DNA of 37,562 bases from a virus (taxonomy: Duplodnaviria > Caudoviricetes), in the IMG/VR virus record IMGVR_UViG_3300005934_000011, positions 1 to 37,562 of that record. One strand, written 5' to 3'. Position 1 is the first letter of the stretch; each line of letters begins with the position of its first letter. Below are positions 9,480-17,700 of the stretch, piece by piece. Position numbers and translations under genes: made by a program. The notes under the pieces are model-generated. The model ran no database searches. It saw only the letters and a list, made by a program, of their open reading frames with translations, and was not told the origin of the DNA.

Positions 9480-11023
9480 TCAACTTTAACTCCTCCTAGA
9501 GCATCGTTCTTTGTATCCCAACCACCAACTTGTTCGTGTTCATCATCGCCACCTGCATAGTCTTCTGTAGTTGCAGGATCTCCACCTCTGTCACTTGTTT
9601 TGAATACTAATTCTTTATTCAAAATCTGTTCTCTGCTTGGCGACTCTGCTATCAATGTATCATACCAATCAGCAATAGGTCCTTTAAATGTTTCTCTAAA
9701 GTTCTTACCTCTTCTGACATCATACTGTTCAAAGAATGCTTTAAAGTCATTATATAGTTTAGGAGTTTCTGCCGTGTTCTTGTGAGGTGTCTTGACAATA
9801 TCTAAGTAATCAATTAAACGTTGTGTACTTGCTTTTTCTGCCTCAGTCAATCCCATTTGTGCCCGTTCAGTCAAAAACCATTTTTCTAATTTATCTTTAT
9901 AGAATGTTTTAATATGTTCAGGCAAGATAGCCGCACTCTGAAATGATGGAAAACGTAAAATGTTTAGTGTCATCGTAGGCGCACGTTGTCCGTACTCATC
10001 TCTAAGTTGTAACATTTCTTCCATAAATTCTGTAATAGTTGTCAAGCACAATGAATTGATTGTCATCATCATATGTACTTTTTTGATGTTTCCTCTTTTC
10101 AATACTTGATGAATGTTGTCTTTCCAAAAATCATAATCTAGACCATCACGAATATATTCTGCTTGATGTTTTGTTGCTTCCATAGAAGTATAGATTTCTA
10201 AGTTAGGAACGATCCATGATTTCTCAATAAGTCTTTCAAAGATTGCAGGCTTAGTTGGACATAGATTAGAGTTAATAGCAAAACGCATGTTTCTTCCTCT
10301 ATCTGGATTTTGTTCGAACCAATCAAACAACTTCCAAGTACCTTTATGCATAATGGGTTCACCACCTGTAATACGAATTTCTTCAAGATTATCTGCTAAT
10401 CCATTTTCCCACCACTTGTGAAATGCTTGAATATAAGGATTGTCTTCCTCATGTTTTGCGGCTGGTGCCGCCCATGGTGCAGTATCAACAAAATGCCCAC
10501 GACCATCTGATTGTATGTTTTGATATCCACCATATTGATTTATATCTTTAACCCATGCGGTACTGAAAGCAGGATTACAGTATGAGCATTTAAAATTACA
10601 TGCTCTATCAAATGATATTTCAAGTGTACGCAACATGACATTTTCATCCCATGGCATCTCTGCACTCTTATGAATATCTTCATCTTTAAAGATTTCTGTT
10701 TTGAATACACGGTCAGATATATTATCTTTGCCCATATCTTCAACTTTCCAACAGTATTCACACTCTGCTGGTCGTTTGCCTTCTTGCATATACTTACGCA
10801 TAAGTTTCTTATGCTTTGTATTATGAATAGCAGTGTAGTTATCTTTTAATTCTTCTAGTGGAATCCAATGCCCTGGTGGGTGGTGACATGAAGCAGTTTG
10901 TCCATGACCTAACCAGATAGTAGCATTGTACCATTTCGCCGCACAGTACGATTCGCTGACCGAGTCAATCATACGTTCTTTAAACTGGTGTAGCGTTTCG
11001 CCTTCTCTTATCTTACGAGTCAT
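9476..11023 (-). CDS. Radical SAM protein with N-terminal twitch domain and an acidic Gly-Gly-repeat C-terminal tail
   Basis: YCAAKW...GQTASCHHP...CEYCW; core CNFKCSYCNPAFSTAW, GGEP. Paralog of 12397-13965. Confidence 0.9.
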   Translation of the reverse strand: MTRKIREGETLHQFKERMIDSVSESYCAAKWYNATIWLGHGQTASCHHPPGHWIPLEELKDNYTAIHNTKHKKLMRKYMQEGKRPAECEYCWKVEDMGKDNISDRVFKTEIFKDEDIHKSAEMPWDENVMLRTLEISFDRACNFKCSYCNPAFSTAWVKDINQYGGYQNIQSDGRGHFVDTAPWAAPAAKHEEDNPYIQAFHKWWENGLADNLEEIRITGGEPIMHKGTWKLFDWFEQNPDRGRNMRFAINSNLCPTKPAIFERLIEKSWIVPNLEIYTSMEATKHQAEYIRDGLDYDFWKDNIHQVLKRGNIKKVHMMMTINSLCLTTITEFMEEMLQLRDEYGQRAPTMTLNILRFPSFQSAAILPEHIKTFYKDKLEKWFLTERAQMGLTEAEKASTQRLIDYLDIVKTPHKNTAETPKLYNDFKAFFEQYDVRRGKNFRETFKGPIADWYDTLIAESPSREQILNKELVFKTSDRGGDPATTEDYAGGDDEHEQVGGWDTKNDALGGVKVE

Positions 11024-12437
11024 TATCAGTACCTTTGTTTCTAATTATCGTATCTAATTTAAATATTTTAGATTCTTCGTTAATAAACTCACTCTTTGCT
11101 TTTTCCCAATATGGTTTTAATAACTCAAATAGTTCGGGAAAAGTTTGTTCAAAACTTTCTTTTCTATATCTATCAGTTTCCATTGTTTCTCTTACAAAAG
11201 ATAACCAATCATCATTTTTACAACTCTTTTTAGCATGATTTAAAACTGGAGTAATTTCATTTTTATATGTATTGGCATTCCATTTTTCCATACCGTGTAA
11301 ATCAGGTCTTGTAACTCTGCGTAATATTTTTCCTTTAACTTCGTCTGGAAAAACATTTGCACTATAAAAACTAGGAAAGTGAACTACGTTATTCCATATT
11401 TCTAAGAAAGGAATTCTATTGAAAAACTCATCCTCTACGCCAGTATATTGTATATAGTTCTTATGAAAGAAGTCGTGTATGTCTTTCAAATAAAAAATAT
11501 TTAAATTTCCTATTGTAATAGTATAACTCATTGACATTTTAAAATCTTTATTTTCTTCTTTGTAAGGAAGTTGATTCATGTATAAATTAAAGAAACTATC
11601 TAAGTTATTTTTAACTGTTTCCCACGGAACACCATGCCTAATATAATCAAAATGTTTACCTATGCCATCAATACTTAAATTTATACCAACTCGTTTAAAA
11701 TTTTTAAGCATCTTATCCATTAAACTTGCATTGAATATAGTCCCGTTTGTACTTAGATTCATGCTGATGTTTTTACTACTGCCATTATCAATTAATGCAT
11801 CAACAAGTTTTTTGAAACTCTTACTATAAAAAGGCTCACCACCCATTATTTCAAGTCGCTCAACTGTTTTTGACCAATTGTCAATGTCATGCCAAAAGAC
11901 ACTATTTTCAAAATCATTGAAGTCTACATTAAACTCTGGTTTCCAGATTTCTTTTCCTCTGTCTCTATATTCTACTGCCCATTTAGATGAGCATACAGGT
12001 GAACATGTTCTACATTTCAAGTTACAAACATTACCAATATTAATTTGCAAATCTTTAGGAACACAAACATCTGCATTATAGTCAATATCCATATTGATAT
12101 CTTTGACCATTTTGTTATACATCAAACGTTTACTTTCTTTGCCGTTTGCTTCGTCTTCCCAACATGTTTCGCATTGCAATGGTTTGTCACCGTTACGCAT
12201 AGCTGTACGTAATTTTTTCATGTATGTGCTATTGAGAATATCACTAACTGTATCTTCTGCTAATGAATAAATCTTGCCGTCTTCTTTAGTAATATGGTCA
12301 CGGGCAATACAACAACTTCTACAAGTACCATATGGTTCTGAACTTGTATGTATCCATGCTAAGGCACAGAACGAATCACCTGATTTATTTTTAACATTAG
12401 GATCCATATTTTTCCTCGTACTCTGATTTAGCTTCAT
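11013..12437 (-). CDS. Radical SAM protein with N-terminal twitch domain
   Basis: FCALAWIH...GTCRSCC...CETCW; core CNLKCRTCSPVCSSKW, GGEP, STNGT, LSIDG. The start may be ATG 12407. Confidence 0.9.
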   Translation of the reverse strand: MKLNQSTRKNMDPNVKNKSGDSFCALAWIHTSSEPYGTCRSCCIARDHITKEDGKIYSLAEDTVSDILNSTYMKKLRTAMRNGDKPLQCETCWEDEANGKESKRLMYNKMVKDINMDIDYNADVCVPKDLQINIGNVCNLKCRTCSPVCSSKWAVEYRDRGKEIWKPEFNVDFNDFENSVFWHDIDNWSKTVERLEIMGGEPFYSKSFKKLVDALIDNGSSKNISMNLSTNGTIFNASLMDKMLKNFKRVGINLSIDGIGKHFDYIRHGVPWETVKNNLDSFFNLYMNQLPYKEENKDFKMSMSYTITIGNLNIFYLKDIHDFFHKNYIQYTGVEDEFFNRIPFLEIWNNVVHFPSFYSANVFPDEVKGKILRRVTRPDLHGMEKWNANTYKNEITPVLNHAKKSCKNDDWLSFVRETMETDRYRKESFEQTFPELFELLKPYWEKAKSEFINEESKIFKLDTIIRNKGTDNDS

Positions 12438-13965
12438 TCCAGAAATCTTTCATTTCTGGAAAAGTCTCCAAAAAGTTTAAGTTTCGTCTATTGTCATATT
12501 GTGTAAAATATTCATAGAAACGAATAAGATGCGAACTTAATTCTTCATCTTTCATATTTAGCCCTTGTTTGGCCCATGCTAAATCTCGTTCAAGTTTTAG
12601 AACTTCATAATTCTTGAACCCTGTATATTTTCTACCATATAAGTCATTCTCTAATACGTTCTCTTTCATAAAATCAATATTCTTTTGTATTGTATCTAAT
12701 AACTCGTGGTCTGCTAATTGTATTGTCATCCAGTCTGGGTATCTTAGATATGGAATGTCAAACCAAACTCGTTGACGTTTCTTTCTAATAAAAGGTGGGT
12801 GTTTGAAACCATTATGATCCGGTGGTTGTATAATTTTATCTTCTTGGTTTTCATATCCAAATTCTTCACGTAGGTCTAATATCATTTGTAAGAAACCACG
12901 TAGATTTGGTATACTCAATAGTTGAAACGTATTAATAAAAGAAATTTCTGTACCATCAGTCTCACGCAATACTCTACGACAATTATCATACATCTTATCA
13001 AAGTCTAGACCGTCACGCATATATTCTGCTTGTTTGCCTACACCATCAACACTGACATATAAACTAAAATGCTTATATGCGGGAGCAACATACCAGTGAT
13101 TGCCACTATCAGGATTAAATCTTTCTGGATCTTCCCATACTCGTATTTCTTCACATGCTTTTATTTTATCAATAAATTTATCAAATAACTTGTCTTGTGG
13201 CGGACACATGTTTGATGTAATACTCAAATCTAAAAAAGGATTTGGATTTTCATTTACATAATCAAACACTTTAAATGTATTACTATCCATTAATGGTTCA
13301 CCACCTGTCATACGAAAAACTTTCAAGTCTCTGTATATCATTGGAAACCATTTCCAAAATGCTTCGATATAAGGATTATCTTTACGTGCTACTTCTAAAG
13401 GCATCAAACCAGTCTTACGTAAGTAATCTATATCATTATGACCTGTACCATTGCTGAAACGGAACCCGCCGTGTTTCTTTACATCGTCTTCCCATGCTGT
13501 AGATAAGTGGGGCGAACAATAACTGCATTTAAAATTACATGCTTGATTAAAGTTCACCTCAACATATCTGGGAGTGATGTTGTGGTCCCAAGGATTATTA
13601 ACGACTTCATCCCAGGCATCTTTTACCCACCATTCACTTGAGCGATAATGTCTATCACTCAATCTACCGCCCTTTGGGGCATCAGGAGCGTCTTCAACGT
13701 TCCAGCAATATTGGCAACCTTCAGGACGGTCGCCGCATTTCATTTGTTTACGTTCTTCTAATTTAAAAGTTGTATTGTGTAAAGCATTAGGATCTTTTTT
13801 AAGTTCATCTAATGGGATTGGGTGTGTCGGTGGATGATAACAACTATGTGTACGACCTTGTGGTAGATGCAAACTAACTTGCAACCACTTTGCCATACAC
13901 ATTGACGGAGATAATGCATTTAGCTTATCTCTCGTTACTATTGCGTCATCATCGTAGTTAGACAT
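12397..13965 (-). CDS. Radical SAM protein with N-terminal twitch domain
   Basis: MCMAKW...GRTHSCYHP...CQYCW; core CNFKCSYCSPHLSTAW, GGEP, VSVDG. Confidence 0.9.
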   Translation of the reverse strand: MSNYDDDAIVTRDKLNALSPSMCMAKWLQVSLHLPQGRTHSCYHPPTHPIPLDELKKDPNALHNTTFKLEERKQMKCGDRPEGCQYCWNVEDAPDAPKGGRLSDRHYRSSEWWVKDAWDEVVNNPWDHNITPRYVEVNFNQACNFKCSYCSPHLSTAWEDDVKKHGGFRFSNGTGHNDIDYLRKTGLMPLEVARKDNPYIEAFWKWFPMIYRDLKVFRMTGGEPLMDSNTFKVFDYVNENPNPFLDLSITSNMCPPQDKLFDKFIDKIKACEEIRVWEDPERFNPDSGNHWYVAPAYKHFSLYVSVDGVGKQAEYMRDGLDFDKMYDNCRRVLRETDGTEISFINTFQLLSIPNLRGFLQMILDLREEFGYENQEDKIIQPPDHNGFKHPPFIRKKRQRVWFDIPYLRYPDWMTIQLADHELLDTIQKNIDFMKENVLENDLYGRKYTGFKNYEVLKLERDLAWAKQGLNMKDEELSSHLIRFYEYFTQYDNRRNLNFLETFPEMKDFWNEAKSEYEEKYGS

Positions 13966-13970
13966 TTAGG

Positions 13971-14945
13971 TTACTTGTCCCAACCCGTTTGTTTTTCTGT
14001 TGCTAATGGATTGTTTACTCTTGGAGGATTGACATATACTCTTTTAAAGAACTTTGCAACCTCAGGAGTAGGATCACATAGTTCCATACCGATTTTATCT
14101 TCTAGTATATCACCAATACGAACAGTCTCATCAAATAGTTTTTCATAATCCCATTCTAGTTTTGTTCTTTCACACTTTTCTTCCCCACCTTCAAATTTAG
14201 GGAATACTGTATTTTCAAAATATTCTTTGAACCAGTCATAACTTGAAATGCTTTCAAGTATAAAATCTTCATTAAGATTTGTATCATAACAACCTAATCT
14301 TGCACCATAACATGCCCATAGTCCGTTCTCTACATCTGCACCAATGTTACACCATGTAATTAAACGTTCATAGTTTTTAGGCCAGATACGATTTTTAAAT
14401 TCATCTACTGGTACTTTCTTTCCTTCATCAAGTGACATCTTTGCACCTTCACGATATCCTGCACGAAAGGCTTGAAACGGAGAACCAGAATTGAATACAC
14501 GTGAATAGATATTATTCATTTGTATATAATTCAAGTCCCAACAAAAATCTACTTTCTTAGTTTCGTCTTCTGCGTTTTCGTGTGTCTTCATGTCTAATAC
14601 AAGTTGTACTGGCCAGCACTTAATACCACCATTGCCATATACTAAACCATTTGTCATATTTTTTGCACTCCAAGAAACAACAGAATTAGCTAAATCTGTT
14701 CCTTCTGGGAATATTAATTCTAAATCAAAAAAGTTTTCTTCTACGATGTTATCTCCATCAATAGTAATAAACCTATCTGTGTCGCTTTGTCTTGCACATT
14801 CTTTGTGTGCATTATCAAATCCTTTTACTCCGTCAACACGTTTTGCAAAAGGAAACTTACTGATAATATCAGCCCAATGTTCTTCTTTATTGGGTTCGTC
14901 ATAACTTAGATAAAATACATCTAGTTCGCCTATTTCAAGTTTCAT
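13971..14945 (-). CDS. Putative GT-A fold glycosyltransferase / nucleotide-sugar transferase
   Basis: DVFYLSYDE N-terminal strand, then AH..CA..S.T.RFITIDGD (DxD after a hydrophobic strand) and YGNGGIK. Confidence 0.55.
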   Translation of the reverse strand: MKLEIGELDVFYLSYDEPNKEEHWADIISKFPFAKRVDGVKGFDNAHKECARQSDTDRFITIDGDNIVEENFFDLELIFPEGTDLANSVVSWSAKNMTNGLVYGNGGIKCWPVQLVLDMKTHENAEDETKKVDFCWDLNYIQMNNIYSRVFNSGSPFQAFRAGYREGAKMSLDEGKKVPVDEFKNRIWPKNYERLITWCNIGADVENGLWACYGARLGCYDTNLNEDFILESISSYDWFKEYFENTVFPKFEGGEEKCERTKLEWDYEKLFDETVRIGDILEDKIGMELCDPTPEVAKFFKRVYVNPPRVNNPLATEKQTGWDK

Positions 14946-15535
14946 TATAATCTCCTGAATGAATATGTTTCCAGAAACTTCTGGGTATATAAACTTATAC
15001 TGTATTTATTATATTCGAATTTAATAGAAACTGGACCAGATAACAATTCTGCAAAGGGTATTTGCAAAGTTTGTATCAAATGTTCGGGTTTATTATCATG
15101 TGTTACAAAAAATACATGTGCATGTTTACCGCCTACTGTAACTTGTTGAGAACTAGTAACACCTGATCCTTTTACTATATCCTCACTTGGGTTAAACTTT
15201 AATTCTTTTCCATCATATGTTATATCAATATCTACGTTTTCCATATATGGAATCTGAAATAATTGACTTTCTTTTGAACGTTTCTTAATGTCTACTTTAT
15301 TTTTGATGATTTCATATGTAAACACATCTTTAGTTTTAGAAACCAAATAGTCTGACATTTTATTTGTGCCTTGCATAAAAGGTATCATATCTTCCATAGT
15401 AAAGTAAGCAAATAAAAGATTATCTTGTTCAGGTTCTTTTGATGATATTGCATCTATTTTGCCCTTTTCATCAAATGATACAACTCGTACATTTCTTTTA
15501 TTTTCTTCTGTTAGTTCTACACTTAGTATACTCAT
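14945..15535 (-). CDS. Hypothetical protein (196 aa)
   Basis: Long ORF whose start and stop overlap both neighbours (ATGA, TAATG); no recognisable motif. Confidence 0.7.
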   Translation of the reverse strand: MSILSVELTEENKRNVRVVSFDEKGKIDAISSKEPEQDNLLFAYFTMEDMIPFMQGTNKMSDYLVSKTKDVFTYEIIKNKVDIKKRSKESQLFQIPYMENVDIDITYDGKELKFNPSEDIVKGSGVTSSQQVTVGGKHAHVFFVTHDNKPEHLIQTLQIPFAELLSGPVSIKFEYNKYSISLYTQKFLETYSFRRL

Positions 15536-16392
15536 AAGCCTAATACCTTTTCGTACTGTTGAATCTTTTTATCTGTCATCCAATCTTTTTCTACATAATG
15601 AAAGGGAAGTGATTGTTCATAGTTTGCTACTCTCACTTTTAAATCATCTGATAATTGACTTGTTAAACTTTGTGTCCAAACACTTGATATTTTATGCTGA
15701 GGTATATTTTGTATAAAACTTTTCATATGAACAAATGTAGGAACATCTTTTATATCATAGTCACAAACTTCATTTTCTAAGTCTAGTAATCGAACGGCTA
15801 ACGCATATGCCAAATCTGCACTCATCCAGTTTTGTCCAGTTCCTTTCATAAATTTATCATAATACACATTCCAATGTGTCATAATAATCTCTACCATACG
15901 AAAGAATTCAAATGTAGTTTCTGACTCTTTGAAGTATGTAAAGTTACTATATACATTTGGTAATTCTAATTGCGTAAACTTTTTTCTATAGTAATCATCA
16001 ACAACATCTTCGTTTCTAAATGTTTTTACATTTGTACATACCCACATATCTTTTTTAGAAAGATAATCCCACCAATGGTCTACAGAATGAGTGAATACCA
16101 TATCTGTATCTAAAATTATACTTTCTTTGAAAGGAGACATATGAGGATATTTCCACTTGTTGTGTATTTTCCATTTGTCACTACCTGCATCATCGTTCCA
16201 TGGAATGTCAACAACATAATCAAATACTTCTTTGTATTTGTTTTTCATTGCTAATTTAGTATTTTCATCTACACATACACAAAATTGATTTTCTTTTTGT
16301 GTTGCTTTTAAACTTAATGCCATGGCATATGCCATTTTTAGATAGTCATGTTCTTCATTGTTTTGTGCAATAGCTATATATCCTCTACTCAT
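15532..16392 (-). CDS. Putative GT-A (GT8-like) glycosyltransferase
   Basis: SPFKESIILDTDMVF DxD motif, LSLK, FDYVV, D.AYA.A and FVHMK. Start placed at MSRGY (ATG 16392; ATGA overlap with the upstream stop) rather than the track's 16407. Confidence 0.7.
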   Translation of the reverse strand: MSRGYIAIAQNNEEHDYLKMAYAMALSLKATQKENQFCVCVDENTKLAMKNKYKEVFDYVVDIPWNDDAGSDKWKIHNKWKYPHMSPFKESIILDTDMVFTHSVDHWWDYLSKKDMWVCTNVKTFRNEDVVDDYYRKKFTQLELPNVYSNFTYFKESETTFEFFRMVEIIMTHWNVYYDKFMKGTGQNWMSADLAYALAVRLLDLENEVCDYDIKDVPTFVHMKSFIQNIPQHKISSVWTQSLTSQLSDDLKVRVANYEQSLPFHYVEKDWMTDKKIQQYEKVLGL

Positions 16393-17267
16393 CTTACACT
16401 CCCACAATCTAAAAATTCATTGATATTTCTTTCTATTGATTTTTTATTCATAATATGAATATCAGTATTATTGAATCTAGCTAGTATGTGTTCACTTGTT
16501 TTCTCTGCTTTTGCACAAAACATTATGATATCATTACTAGTATTAACTCTAAACACTGCATCTAAATCAAAACTATTATTGAGATAATCAATAGGAAGTG
16601 ATGGAGCAGAAGTGTCTACACAACCATTAATAATGTGAATAGCCATTGAAAAAGCAAAGTCATTTCTAAACAAAGTACCACTACAATTATATAAGAAATA
16701 ATAATATTTGTAATTGTTTTTAATATGCTCTACTAGTGTAAACAAGTTTTCTGCATATTCAGATTTTCTAAAATAGAAAACAGTGGCCCAATACATTGGT
16801 ATTGAAAAATCGTCAACATAGGAAACATTACCACCATGTCTACCTGCAATGTCCCTATATTGACAATTAATCATGAAGTCGCTTTCGCTACCCCACACTT
16901 GGTCAAGTGTATTACTCATTACAAAGTAATCACAATCGATGACCAAATTCTCATCGTAAGGAGATAATGAATATACATCTCCTCTTGATTTATTCATAAA
17001 TGGTGCGTAGTCAGATGAACCTGTGCCACCATCTTTGAATAATCTAATATTTTCTTCTTTGCTTGACGGATCTTGGGTTATAACTCTATCAAAATATTTT
17101 TCAATAGTTTCTCTATTGTCTTTAGTGATAGAATGTGTATCTGTTATTAAACAGATTTCATCAAATCCTGATAAGTTTTTTCTGGCAAATCCTGCACTAG
17201 CACATGCAATTTTGACATAATCTAATAACCCATTATTTGACGCAAAGATGATAATCCCTTTGCTCAT
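16389..17267 (-). CDS. Putative GT-A (GT8-like) glycosyltransferase, paralog of the downstream gene
   Basis: MSKGIIIFA N-terminus, SPYDENLVIDCDYFV DxD motif, YFRKSE, NDFAFSMA and HIMNK, all alignable with 15532-16392. Confidence 0.7.
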   Translation of the reverse strand: MSKGIIIFASNNGLLDYVKIACASAGFARKNLSGFDEICLITDTHSITKDNRETIEKYFDRVITQDPSSKEENIRLFKDGGTGSSDYAPFMNKSRGDVYSLSPYDENLVIDCDYFVMSNTLDQVWGSESDFMINCQYRDIAGRHGGNVSYVDDFSIPMYWATVFYFRKSEYAENLFTLVEHIKNNYKYYYFLYNCSGTLFRNDFAFSMAIHIINGCVDTSAPSLPIDYLNNSFDLDAVFRVNTSNDIIMFCAKAEKTSEHILARFNNTDIHIMNKKSIERNINEFLDCGSVR

Positions 17268-17644
17268 TATATCTCTAGTACCTTTTCAATCTTTCTGGAA
17301 CTTTTTAGTTTCTGATAATCATTATAATATTCATTGATTGCTTCAAAGTATAAACTAGAAATATCTTCTAAAAACTTTTCAGTATTTTCAATTTTAATTG
17401 GTATATCATTCTTATCCATAACTATAGCTTCTTTCTTTCCTGATGATACAATCATATACATAAAACCAATAAGTGATTGGTCTATGTTGAATGTGCCACC
17501 ATTGGTGCTATAGCTAAGGAGATTTTGTGTTTTGACTTTTAAATTATTCTTATTCAGGTTAAAAGTCTGCATTGTATTAGAAAAGTCCAATGCTTTTTCA
17601 AGCCTTTCAAGTTGTTCTTGAGAAGGTGTAATATCTTTTGACAT
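17267..17644 (-). CDS. Hypothetical protein (125 aa), first gene of the modification operon
   Basis: Strong AAGGAG RBS and an upstream promoter; TAATG coupling to the next gene. Confidence 0.75.
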   Translation of the reverse strand: MSKDITPSQEQLERLEKALDFSNTMQTFNLNKNNLKVKTQNLLSYSTNGGTFNIDQSLIGFMYMIVSSGKKEAIVMDKNDIPIKIENTEKFLEDISSLYFEAINEYYNDYQKLKSSRKIEKVLEI

Positions 17645-17668
17645 GGTTTTACTCCTTGTATTCTTTTA

Positions 17669-17697
17669 ATAATACAGGAAAAATCAACAAATGTCAA
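17669..17697 (-). promoter_or_regulatory. sigma70-type promoter for the GT/radical SAM operon
   Basis: Minus strand reads TTGACA (17697-17692), 17 bp spacer, TATTAT (17674-17669), followed by AAGGAG and ATG 17644. Confidence 0.75.
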
Positions 17698-17700
17698 TAG

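Noticed and set aside
4148-13965. Assignment of the radical SAMs to QueE, NrdG, MoaA or PqqE
   Set aside because: Sizes, the N-terminal twitch architecture and the absence of partner genes (queC/queD/folE, nrdD, moaC, pqqA-D) do not fit.
1-17644. Bacterial LPS/capsule locus interpretation
   Set aside because: Contiguous and co-directional with phage baseplate genes; no flippase, polymerase, exporter or other membrane protein is visible.
4148-17644. Classical RiPP cluster with a free-standing precursor peptide
   Set aside because: Genes abut or overlap, leaving no room for a small precursor ORF, and no RRE domain, peptidase or transporter is seen. Only the fused GG tail is kept as a speculative finding.
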